The position numbers and the translations under genes are program-made. 64,000 nt of DNA, taken from the NCBI GenBank assembly GCA_964435285.1, contig CAYSYA010000001.1:22322-86321 (forward strand), in the 5' to 3' direction. Below, piece after piece: positions 56,288-64,000 of the stretch; the first letter of the stretch is position 1, and each line of letters begins with the position of its first letter. The notes under the pieces are model-generated. The model did no database searches. It was not told the DNA's origin and was given only the letters and a program-made list of their open reading frames with translations. This DNA comes from an uncultured Flavobacteriales bacterium. Lineage in GTDB: Bacteria > Bacteroidota > Bacteroidia > Flavobacteriales > TMED113.

Positions 56288-57319
56288 TTATCTCATTAAG
56301 AAGGTATAATGATCAACGTTTTTCAAGGCAATTCCAGTTCCTCTTACTACTGCTTTCAAAGGATCTTCTGCAATAAATACCGCTAGGTCAGTTTTAGCAG
56401 AAATACGTTTTTCTAGTCCTCTTAACATTGAGCCTCCTCCTGCTAAGTAAATTCCGGTATTGTAAATATCTGCTGCAAGTTCGGGCGGAGTCATTGCTAA
56501 AGCTTGCATAATGGCATCTTCAATTGAGCAAATTGATGAATCAAGAGCCTGAGCTATTTCTTTATACGAAACTATAACTTGCTTAGGTTTTCCTGTTGTA
56601 AGATCTCTTCCTTGAACCGGCCAATCTTCAGGTGGATTTTCTAATACTTGAGTTGCAGCACCACATTGAATTTTAATTTCTTCAGCAGAACGATCGCCAA
56701 CAACTAAATTATGATGAGTTCTCATATAAAATTTTATATCTGATGTAAAAATATCACCTGCGACCTTTACAGATTTATCACATACAATTCCACCTAATGA
56801 TATTACAGCTATTTCAGTTGTCCCCCCTCCAATATCAATAACCATATTTCCTTTAGGTTCTTGAACATCAATTCCAATTCCTATAGCAGCGGCCATTGGC
56901 TCATGAATTAAATACACTTCTTTAGCTCCAGAATGTTCTGCTGAATCTCTTACAGCACGTTTTTCAACTTCAGTTATACCTGATGGTATACATATTACCA
57001 TTCGTAATGCAGGTGAGAATATTCGTCTTTTTAAAGCAGGTATTTTTTTTATAAATTCTCTAATCATTGATTCTGCAGCATCAAAATCAGCAATAACACC
57101 GTCTTTTAGGGGTCTTGTAGTTTCAATGCCCTTGTGAGCCTTACCATGCATTTGTTGGGCTTTAACACCAACTTCTATAAATTTACCCGTTTTTGTCTCC
57201 ATGGCAACAATTGAGGGCTCATTAACCACTACTTTATCGTTATGAATTATTAACGTATTAGCAGTACCTAAATCAATTGCAATATCTTCTGTAAGATTCA
57301 TAAAATCAAGTATACCCAT
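56288..57319 (-). CDS. mreB: rod shape-determining protein MreB
   Basis: 343 aa with IAIDLGTANTLI and DIGGGTTEIAVISLGG. Confidence 0.95.
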   Translation of the reverse strand: MGILDFMNLTEDIAIDLGTANTLIIHNDKVVVNEPSIVAMETKTGKFIEVGVKAQQMHGKAHKGIETTRPLKDGVIADFDAAESMIREFIKKIPALKRRIFSPALRMVICIPSGITEVEKRAVRDSAEHSGAKEVYLIHEPMAAAIGIGIDVQEPKGNMVIDIGGGTTEIAVISLGGIVCDKSVKVAGDIFTSDIKFYMRTHHNLVVGDRSAEEIKIQCGAATQVLENPPEDWPVQGRDLTTGKPKQVIVSYKEIAQALDSSICSIEDAIMQALAMTPPELAADIYNTGIYLAGGGSMLRGLEKRISAKTDLAVFIAEDPLKAVVRGTGIALKNVDHYTFLMR

Positions 57320-57330
57320 ATCTATTTTTT

Positions 57331-58848
57331 TTAGTGTTTAAAGTGTCTAGTTTTTGTTAAAACCATACTAATATTATTTTTATTACAACAATCTATTGAT
57401 AATTGATCGTTAATTGAACCGCCAGGTTGAATAACAGCTGAAATCTGTTCTTTGGCAGCAATTTCTATACAATCTGGAAACGGAAAAAAAGCATCAGAGG
57501 CCATAACACTATTTTCTAAATTAAAATTAAAATTTTTTGCTTTTTTAATAGCTTGTTTAAGTGCGTCTACTCTAGATGTTTGTCCACATCCAATTCCAAT
57601 TAGTTGTTTATTTTTTACCAAAACTATAGCATTAGATTTTGTATGTTTACATATTGTGCTAGCAAACAATAAATCTTCAACTTGAGACTTGGAGGGTTTT
57701 AATTTAGTTATTTTCTCTAAAATTTCCTCAGAATCAATCAAAATATCGTTTTCTTGCGCTAAAATTCCATTTAAAATTGATCTATATTGTTTATTATTAG
57801 CTTTATTTTGAGACTTTAATTCTAAGATGATTCTATTTTTTTTTGCTTTCAGTATATCAAAAGCATTAGTTGAAAACTTAGGTGAAATTATAATTTCAAA
57901 AAATAATTTATTAATGCTTTCAGCTGTTTTAGAATTTAATTCTTGATTTGTAATTAATATACCACCAAATGCAGATATTGGGTCTCCAGCTAATGCTTTC
58001 TTCCAAGCTTCATAAACGTTATTATGTATAGCAATTCCACATGCATTGTTGTGTTTTAAAATTGCAAACGTAGGTTCTTTACAATCATTAATTAAATTTA
58101 TAGCAGCATCAATGTCTAATAAATTATTATAGGAAATTTCTTTTCCATTTAATTTATTAAATACTTCACCAAGGTTTCCATAATAAATTCCTTTTTGATG
58201 AGGATTTTCTCCGTATCGTAATATTTTTTTCTCTGAAATAGATATTTTTAAAGATTCATCAAAATCATTACCAAACCAAGAAAAAATATTGGTGTCATAA
58301 TGAGAAGATATTTCAAAAGCCTTTTTTGCAAAAAATAATCTTTCATCTAATGATGTATGACCATTATTTTTTTCAATTAAACTCATGCAATTAGGAATTA
58401 ATTCCTTTGAAGGAATAATCATTACTTCCTTATAGTTTTTAGCTGCAGCTCTTATTAGAGAAATGCCACCAATATCAATTTTTTCTATAATTTCATTTTC
58501 GTTAGAAGTATTTTTAACGGTATCTTCAAAAGGATATAAGTCAACAATAACTAAGTCAAAACTAGGTATATCATATTTTTCAACATCTTCTAAGTCACTT
58601 TTTGAATCTCGACGATTTAAAATTCCACCAAAAATTTTAGGATGAAGAGTTTTAACTCTTCCTCCTAAAATGGAAGGGTATTGTGTAATATCTTCAACTG
58701 ATATTACATTACAACCAAGCTTCTCTAAAGCTATCTTAGTTCCACCTGATGAGTATAGTTTAATATTGAATTTAATTAACAATGAAACTAATGATTCTAA
58801 ATTTTCTTTATTAAAAACAGAGATAAAAGCGCTGTTTATTTTTTTCAT
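57331..58848 (-). CDS. purH: bifunctional AICAR transformylase / IMP cyclohydrolase
   Basis: The start is moved to ATG 58848 (MKKINSAFISVFNKENL). GGRVKTLHPKIFGGIL is present and the C-terminus is RHFKH. Confidence 0.93.
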   Translation of the reverse strand: MKKINSAFISVFNKENLESLVSLLIKFNIKLYSSGGTKIALEKLGCNVISVEDITQYPSILGGRVKTLHPKIFGGILNRRDSKSDLEDVEKYDIPSFDLVIVDLYPFEDTVKNTSNENEIIEKIDIGGISLIRAAAKNYKEVMIIPSKELIPNCMSLIEKNNGHTSLDERLFFAKKAFEISSHYDTNIFSWFGNDFDESLKISISEKKILRYGENPHQKGIYYGNLGEVFNKLNGKEISYNNLLDIDAAINLINDCKEPTFAILKHNNACGIAIHNNVYEAWKKALAGDPISAFGGILITNQELNSKTAESINKLFFEIIISPKFSTNAFDILKAKKNRIILELKSQNKANNKQYRSILNGILAQENDILIDSEEILEKITKLKPSKSQVEDLLFASTICKHTKSNAIVLVKNKQLIGIGCGQTSRVDALKQAIKKAKNFNFNLENSVMASDAFFPFPDCIEIAAKEQISAVIQPGGSINDQLSIDCCNKNNISMVLTKTRHFKH

Positions 58849-58983
58849 TTTCAAGTAATTAAGTTGTAGAAATTTAAAAGAATTAATATACTTTAAAAAA
58901 ATAAATATGTCCAATTATTCACCAAAAAAAAGGTAATAAATTAATATTTGCTTTTTTTGACTATAGATTTAAGTTATAATAAA

Positions 58984-59574
58984 TTAGTTAATAGGAATAA
59001 CTTCTTTTATTTCCTCACCTAAGATTTGTTTTAATTTAGTTTCAATACCTTGTTTCAATGTGTAAGTAGATGAAGGGCAACCATTACATGCGCCTTGAAG
59101 AAGGACTTTTACAATTCCGTTTTCATATGAGACTAAGGAAATGTCCCCTCCATCTTGCATCACGTATGGGCGAATGTGTTGTTCAAAAATATCTTCAATT
59201 ATTAATTCTTTTTTTGTTCTTTTTCGGTTTACTTTTACATTTCTTTTTATACCCTGTTTTTTTGTTGTTATACCCTCAGACTTAACAAAAACTCCCTTAT
59301 TTAATTTTTCTTGAATAAGTTCTCTTATTTCATATGAGATATCATCCCAGTTTACTTTATTATTTTTTTCAATTGAAATAAAATTTATTCCTAAAAAAAT
59401 GTTTTCAACAAATGGTAACATAAATAAATCATATATAAGTGGATATTCGTTTTTCTTTGGAATTGTTTCAAACTCTATCATGTGATCTGTTAAAATTTGA
59501 TTGGAGACAAATTTCATGACTTCAGGATTTGGCGTGTATTCCGAATATATGGTGTAAATTTTATTTTTCATCAA
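58984..59574 (-). CDS. NifU/Nfu-type Fe-S cluster protein (Nfu_N plus NifU C-terminal domain)
   Basis: 196 aa with N-terminal YTPNPEVMKF and C-terminal DGGDISLVSYENGIVKVLLQGACNGCPSS. Confidence 0.8.
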   Translation of the reverse strand: MMKNKIYTIYSEYTPNPEVMKFVSNQILTDHMIEFETIPKKNEYPLIYDLFMLPFVENIFLGINFISIEKNNKVNWDDISYEIRELIQEKLNKGVFVKSEGITTKKQGIKRNVKVNRKRTKKELIIEDIFEQHIRPYVMQDGGDISLVSYENGIVKVLLQGACNGCPSSTYTLKQGIETKLKQILGEEIKEVIPIN

Positions 59575-60373
59575 ATATATTTTTTTCCTTTAAATCAATT
59601 TTGTTTTTAAAAAATAGCTTAGCGCTCTTTTGAAAACTTAATGTTAAATCTGAAACATAAAATTCATGAGTTTTTTTAATGTTATTTCGATTTAACAAGT
59701 TATTTTTTTCAAGTTTTTGACTAATAAATTGTCCAATTGCATTCAGAGAATTAATTATATCAATTTTGTTCTTATATATTTCTTTAATTTCATTCTGAAT
59801 CAGTGGGTAGTGAGTACATCCAAGAATTAAAGTTTCAATTTCAGATAGTTCACTTTTTTTTAAATAAGTTGCTATAATTTTTTTTTTAATTGAATCGTCA
59901 TGAAAACCTAACTCTATCATTGGTGCTAATAATGGGGTAGCTAATGAATTAACTATGTAATTATCATTCAAGCAGTTAATTTTGTCTTCATAGATTTTAG
60001 AATTAATTGTGGCATTTGTACCTATAACACCAATTTTTTTAGTTTCTAATTTTTTAATACAATTAATTACTGGGTCTATTACATTAAAAATAATAGATTT
60101 TTCCTCAAATTCTTTTTTAATTTTATTAAGTGCTAATGAAGATGCTGAATTACATGCTATAACAATAGCTTTGCAATTTTTACTGCTTAAAAACTGACAT
60201 ATTTTTAAGCAATAATTAATAACTTTTTTCTTTGATTTCTCACCGTATGGTAAGTGAAGAGTATCTCCAAAATAGATTATTTTTTCATTCGGCATTAAGT
60301 CAATAATTTCTCTTGCTACGGTAAGTCCGCCAATACCAGAATCAAAAATCCCTATTGGTAAATTAGAATTCAA
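59561..60373 (-). CDS. murI: glutamate racemase
   Basis: 270 aa with IGIFDSGIGGLTV, ACNSAS and GCTHYP. Confidence 0.9.
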   Translation of the reverse strand: MNSNLPIGIFDSGIGGLTVAREIIDLMPNEKIIYFGDTLHLPYGEKSKKKVINYCLKICQFLSSKNCKAIVIACNSASSLALNKIKKEFEEKSIIFNVIDPVINCIKKLETKKIGVIGTNATINSKIYEDKINCLNDNYIVNSLATPLLAPMIELGFHDDSIKKKIIATYLKKSELSEIETLILGCTHYPLIQNEIKEIYKNKIDIINSLNAIGQFISQKLEKNNLLNRNNIKKTHEFYVSDLTLSFQKSAKLFFKNKIDLKEKNIFDEK

Positions 60374-60377
60374 ATAC

Positions 60378-60890
60378 TTATAATTTTAATTTCTTTTTTA
60401 CTTCATCTGTTATGTCATTTGAATTAGGTCCATCATTGTATAAAATAACATTGAATCCGCTTCCAGTATCCAGAATGTAAGAGTACTTCCCATCTTTTGC
60501 TACGTCATTTATGGCATTTTGTATTTTTTCTACAACTGGAGCAAGTAAGTCGTTTTGTAATGTTTGTAATTCTTTTTGAGCATCTTGTGCAAAAACTTGC
60601 ATTCTTTGTTCAAGGTTTAAAGCTTCTTCATACTTAGCTTTAATAACAGCTTCACTTTCTTTATCATTTTGAGCTTTTTGAAAAGCTTGAGCCGCTTCTT
60701 GTGCTTTTTGCATCATTTCAGCGTACATTTCATCCATCTTCTTACTTTCATTTTGGATTTTTGTTTCTATTATCTTTATGTCAGGCATGTTAGACATAAT
60801 CTGTTGCGAATTAACGTGCCCTATTTTTTGTTGAGCGATAGCGAAAACGGTAAATAAACAAAATACCGAACTTAAAATTAATTTTTTCAT
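60378..60890 (-). CDS. OmpH/Skp family periplasmic chaperone
   Basis: 170 aa, signal peptide, coiled-coil-rich. Downstream of bamA. Confidence 0.75.
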   Translation of the reverse strand: MKKLILSSVFCLFTVFAIAQQKIGHVNSQQIMSNMPDIKIIETKIQNESKKMDEMYAEMMQKAQEAAQAFQKAQNDKESEAVIKAKYEEALNLEQRMQVFAQDAQKELQTLQNDLLAPVVEKIQNAINDVAKDGKYSYILDTGSGFNVILYNDGPNSNDITDEVKKKLKL

Positions 60891-60902
60891 ATTTAAATTT
60901 TT

Positions 60903-61457
60903 TTAATAATTATAACCTAGTTGATCTAAAATATCATTACTTACATCTAAATCTTCATTTGAATATAACATTATTAATTCAGAAGATTTATCGAAAATAA
61001 TTTCATATCTATTTTTTTCTGCAAATTCTTGAATAGCATTATAAATAATTTCTTGAATTGGCTCAATTTTTTCTCGTTGTTTTTCATACAACTTTCCGTT
61101 AGGTCCGAATAAACTTTTTTGGTATTCTCTAACCTCTTTCTCTTTATTAATAATATTCTCTTCCATTAACTTTTTTTCATTTTCAGGAAGAAGATATTTT
61201 TCTGCTTTATAACTTTTATACATTTTTTCAATATCTAAGTATAAGCTTTGGATTTCTGTTTCCCACTTCTTTGATAGCTCTTCAATTTCTTCTTGTGCAG
61301 TTGTAAATTCAGGAATATTACTTAAAATATATTTTGAATCAACATAAGCAATTTTTTGAGAAATACTTATGGTGGTAAAAATAAAGGCAATTAATGTTAA
61401 ACTAATTTTATTTATTTGCATAATTCTAGTATTTAAAAACATATCAAATTTAATCAT
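60903..61457 (-). CDS. OmpH/Skp family periplasmic chaperone (second copy)
   Basis: 184-aa ORF. The real start may be Met13 (61421), which gives the signal peptide MQINKISLTLIAFIFTTISISQ. Confidence 0.72.
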   Translation of the reverse strand: MIKFDMFLNTRIMQINKISLTLIAFIFTTISISQKIAYVDSKYILSNIPEFTTAQEEIEELSKKWETEIQSLYLDIEKMYKSYKAEKYLLPENEKKLMEENIINKEKEVREYQKSLFGPNGKLYEKQREKIEPIQEIIYNAIQEFAEKNRYEIIFDKSSELIMLYSNEDLDVSNDILDQLGYNY

Positions 61458-63905
61458 TTAAAATTGTTGACCAATAATAAAGTGTGTCTGCCATCCACTT
61501 TTTATATTTGAGTTAGATAAATTATCAAATCCATGTGCAAAATCTAAACCAAGTAAGCCAAACATGGGCATAAAAATACGTAACCCTAAACCAGCGGACC
61601 TTTTTAGTTCAAATGGGTTAAAATTATCATAATTTGACCATGAGTTTCCTGCCTCAGTAAACAAAAGACCATATATCGTTGAGTTAGGGTTTAATGAAAT
61701 AGGGTATCTTAACTCAATATTATATTTATTGTATAATGCGTCACCTGAATCAGAACTTAGTGATCCATTAGGATAACCTCTTAAAGCAATAATTTCTCTT
61801 CCATCTATAGAATAACCACTTAATCCATCACCACCCACAAAAAATCTTTCAAATGGGGGTAGACCAACTGATCGGTTGTATGTTCCTAAGAAACCAAACT
61901 CAAAGTGTGTTCTAATTACTAAGTCTCCTATTAGAGCATTGTACCAAGTTCCATCAAATTTAAATTTATTATACTCAAGAAATTTATATCTTTCTTGATC
62001 ATCGTCTAGATTTTTATAATAATCTTTTTCTTTAAATAATGAATAAGGTGGAGTGAGTTCAAAATAAAGAGTAAACTTGGATCCGTTTCTTGGATATATC
62101 GGGTTAAAAATTGAATTTCTTGAAAATGTTGTAGCGTAATTTATATTGTTAGAAAACCCATCACTAAAGTCAAATAAACTAGTTTGATAATTTTCTAGAT
62201 TATATCTTTGAAAGTTAACAGAATGAGTAATTGTAAAATAATCGTCTGGCCAATTAAGTCTTTTCCCAAAACCTATACTAAGACCTGAAATATCCATTTT
62301 TGAACCCTCATTGAAAGATTGAATTGTTTTCCAAAGAGATACAGAAAAACTATTAGGTTTGGCTCCACCCATCCAAGGTTCCTCAAAAGATAAACTATAG
62401 TTTTGGTAATAAGAACCATTAGAAGCGGCACGAAGTCTAATTTTTTGACCATCTCCATGTGGCATAGGATTCCAGCTATCTTTTTTAAAAAAGTTTTTTG
62501 TTGAAAAGTTATTAAATACAACAGAAAATGCTCCAACAACCATTCCATTTCCCCAACCACCTTGAAGTTCAAGTTGATCAGACGATTTTGATTCCACACT
62601 ATATTCTATGTCAACAGTTCCAGTTTCAGGGTCAGGTACTGGATTAACTCCAAGTGTTTCAGGGTTAAAATAGCCAAGACGATTAAACTCCTCTTGTGTT
62701 CTAATGATATCAGATCTTTTAAACATAGAGCCTGGTAAAGACCTTACCTCCCTCATAATTACGTGGTCTTTAACTTTAGTATTTCCAATTACTGTAACAT
62801 TATTTACAATTGCTCTCTTTCCTTCAGTAACTCTAATTTCTAAATTAATTTTTTGATTTAAAATACTTGACTCAACAGGATTAGCTTGAAAGAAAAGATA
62901 ACCATCATCCATGTATAATGAGCTTATATCGTTTCCATTTCTACTCATATATAACCTTTCTTCTAGTAGTTTTTGGTCAAAAACTTCACCTTCTTTAATT
63001 GATAATAATTCGTTTAATTTTTCAGAGTCATATTTTGAATTCCCAATCCATTTAATGTCACCAAAAAAATATTTCTCACCCTCAATTAATTCAATATTTA
63101 ATAATAAATCGCCAGTATTATTAAATGAAGTTTTATGACCAATTATTTTTGCATCCCTATATCCATTTTCTCGATACATTGCAATTAAATTTTGTAAATC
63201 TTCATCAAAATCACTTTCAATAAATTTCGAAGAACTAAAAATATTTTTAATTCCGGTCTCTTTAGTATTCTTTAACTGCCTTTTAAGTTTACCTTGCTTA
63301 AAAGTATTTTTGTCAGAAGAAATAATAATTTCTTTTATTTTAACCCTCTCGTTTTTATTTACATCAATAATTAAAGTAGATGAATTTAATTTTTGATTTC
63401 TTTCTTCATTAACAGAGCATGTTGCATTCAAAAAACCTTTTTCTTGAAAGTATTTAATAATATAGTTTTCAGTTTTATTTTTAATTTGATTACTAACGTA
63501 AATTCCTCTACTTAAGTTCAGCTCTTCACGAAGTTTATCAATTTCAGATTTCTTAAGTCCCTTGAATTGAAATTTTTCTAATTTGGGTAATTGATCTAAG
63601 TATATTTCTAAGTAAATTATATTACCTTCTATTTTAGTTTGAAAAATCTGTATATCAGAAAACATATTTTGCTTCCATAAAGTTTTTATTGCTGTGGGAA
63701 TTTCTTCACCGGGAACAAAAATATTATCTCCAACGTTTAAGTCAATTAATGATAAAATAGTATTACTTTCAAGATTTGAATTTCCTGAAAAATTAAATCC
63801 TCCAATCATGTATTGATTACCAGAGTCAGTTTTAGATTGACTTATTAAATTGAAATTGATACCAACAAGTATTAAAAAAAATATATTTAAATAAAATTTT
63901 TTCAT
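61458..63905 (-). CDS. bamA: outer membrane protein assembly factor BamA
   Basis: 815 aa with a signal peptide, POTRA repeats and a C-terminal barrel ending ...WQTHFIIGQQF. Flanked by uppS and skp genes. Confidence 0.92.
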   Translation of the reverse strand: MKKFYLNIFFLILVGINFNLISQSKTDSGNQYMIGGFNFSGNSNLESNTILSLIDLNVGDNIFVPGEEIPTAIKTLWKQNMFSDIQIFQTKIEGNIIYLEIYLDQLPKLEKFQFKGLKKSEIDKLREELNLSRGIYVSNQIKNKTENYIIKYFQEKGFLNATCSVNEERNQKLNSSTLIIDVNKNERVKIKEIIISSDKNTFKQGKLKRQLKNTKETGIKNIFSSSKFIESDFDEDLQNLIAMYRENGYRDAKIIGHKTSFNNTGDLLLNIELIEGEKYFFGDIKWIGNSKYDSEKLNELLSIKEGEVFDQKLLEERLYMSRNGNDISSLYMDDGYLFFQANPVESSILNQKINLEIRVTEGKRAIVNNVTVIGNTKVKDHVIMREVRSLPGSMFKRSDIIRTQEEFNRLGYFNPETLGVNPVPDPETGTVDIEYSVESKSSDQLELQGGWGNGMVVGAFSVVFNNFSTKNFFKKDSWNPMPHGDGQKIRLRAASNGSYYQNYSLSFEEPWMGGAKPNSFSVSLWKTIQSFNEGSKMDISGLSIGFGKRLNWPDDYFTITHSVNFQRYNLENYQTSLFDFSDGFSNNINYATTFSRNSIFNPIYPRNGSKFTLYFELTPPYSLFKEKDYYKNLDDDQERYKFLEYNKFKFDGTWYNALIGDLVIRTHFEFGFLGTYNRSVGLPPFERFFVGGDGLSGYSIDGREIIALRGYPNGSLSSDSGDALYNKYNIELRYPISLNPNSTIYGLLFTEAGNSWSNYDNFNPFELKRSAGLGLRIFMPMFGLLGLDFAHGFDNLSNSNIKSGWQTHFIIGQQF

Positions 63906-63906
63906 T

Positions 63907-64000
63907 TTAATTTAATTTTCCAAACCTTCTTTCTCGATTTTGAAATTCGATAATTGCTTTAAAATAATCTTCTTCTTCAAAATCTGGCCAGTTTTTTTCA
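63907..64000 (-). CDS. uppS: isoprenyl transferase / undecaprenyl diphosphate synthase, C-terminal 30 aa only (gene runs off the right edge)
   Basis: My minus-strand translation is ...EKNWPDFEEEDYFKAIIEFQNRERRFGKLN*. It matches the conserved UppS C-terminus (LWPDF...A...YQ.RERRFG). The stop is at 63907-63909, 1 nt before the bamA start codon. Confidence 0.8.
   Translation of the reverse strand, partial: EKNWPDFEEEDYFKAIIEFQNRERRFGKLN

Noticed and set aside
58849-58914. 22-aa extension at the purH ORF start
   Set aside because: The conserved PurH N-terminus (MKKINSAFISVFNK) starts at 58848, and the extension is non-conserved-looking.
62273-62599. 108-aa same-strand alternative-frame ORF inside bamA, with similar ones at 39205-39399, 39619-39834 and 41132-41329 inside nrdA/nrdB
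   Set aside because: There is no independent support and the composition is typical of off-frame translation. They are embedded in strongly conserved genes.
1-64000. Search by eye for CRISPR arrays, IS/transposase or integrase genes, rRNA, DnaA-box clusters, toxin-antitoxin pairs and defence islands
   Set aside because: None seen. Coding density leaves no space for arrays, no TTATCCACA-type boxes were noticed, and every ORF of 60 aa or more is either assignable to a housekeeping or envelope function or is an overlap artefact.

Overview
This window looks like a very AT-rich, gene-dense piece of chromosome (about 97% coding by my count) from a streamlined member of the Flavobacteriia (Bacteroidota). 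The taxonomic call rests on four things: Bacteroidota-typical gene pairs (ftsX-DUF3098-uppP, DUF4271-hemD, skp-skp-bamA-uppS, purH-mreBCD-mrdA-rodA), TAnnTTTG -7 boxes in front of both tRNAs, no Shine-Dalgarno sequences, and a flavobacterial-type RNR. I call about 60 protein genes, nearly all housekeeping: aminoacyl-tRNA ligases, MEP/isoprenoid steps, rod-shape and peptidoglycan machinery, Bam/Skp, primase, RNR and tRNA/rRNA modification. There are also two tRNAs, Leu-CAA and Phe-GAA. I see no rRNA, CRISPR array, transposase, integrase, toxin-antitoxin pair or obvious defence island, and I cannot point to a convincing new multi-gene system. The items most worth a second look are:
- A ribonucleotide reductase whose ATP-cone sits on NrdB while NrdA has none. 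This architecture is rare but already described in Flavobacteriia.
- A DnaG primase whose CHC2 zinc ribbon has Ser/Ser/Asp/Ser at all four ligand positions.
- An Fe/Mn superoxide dismutase with a twin-arginine signal and an internal canonical start.
- A tight envelope operon joining an LptC-like gene to two uncharacterised exported proteins.
- Six of eight convergent gene junctions with no intergenic space.
- One outlier 398-bp non-coding region upstream of nrdBA.

Several ORF-track starts are over-extended and are corrected in the feature list.
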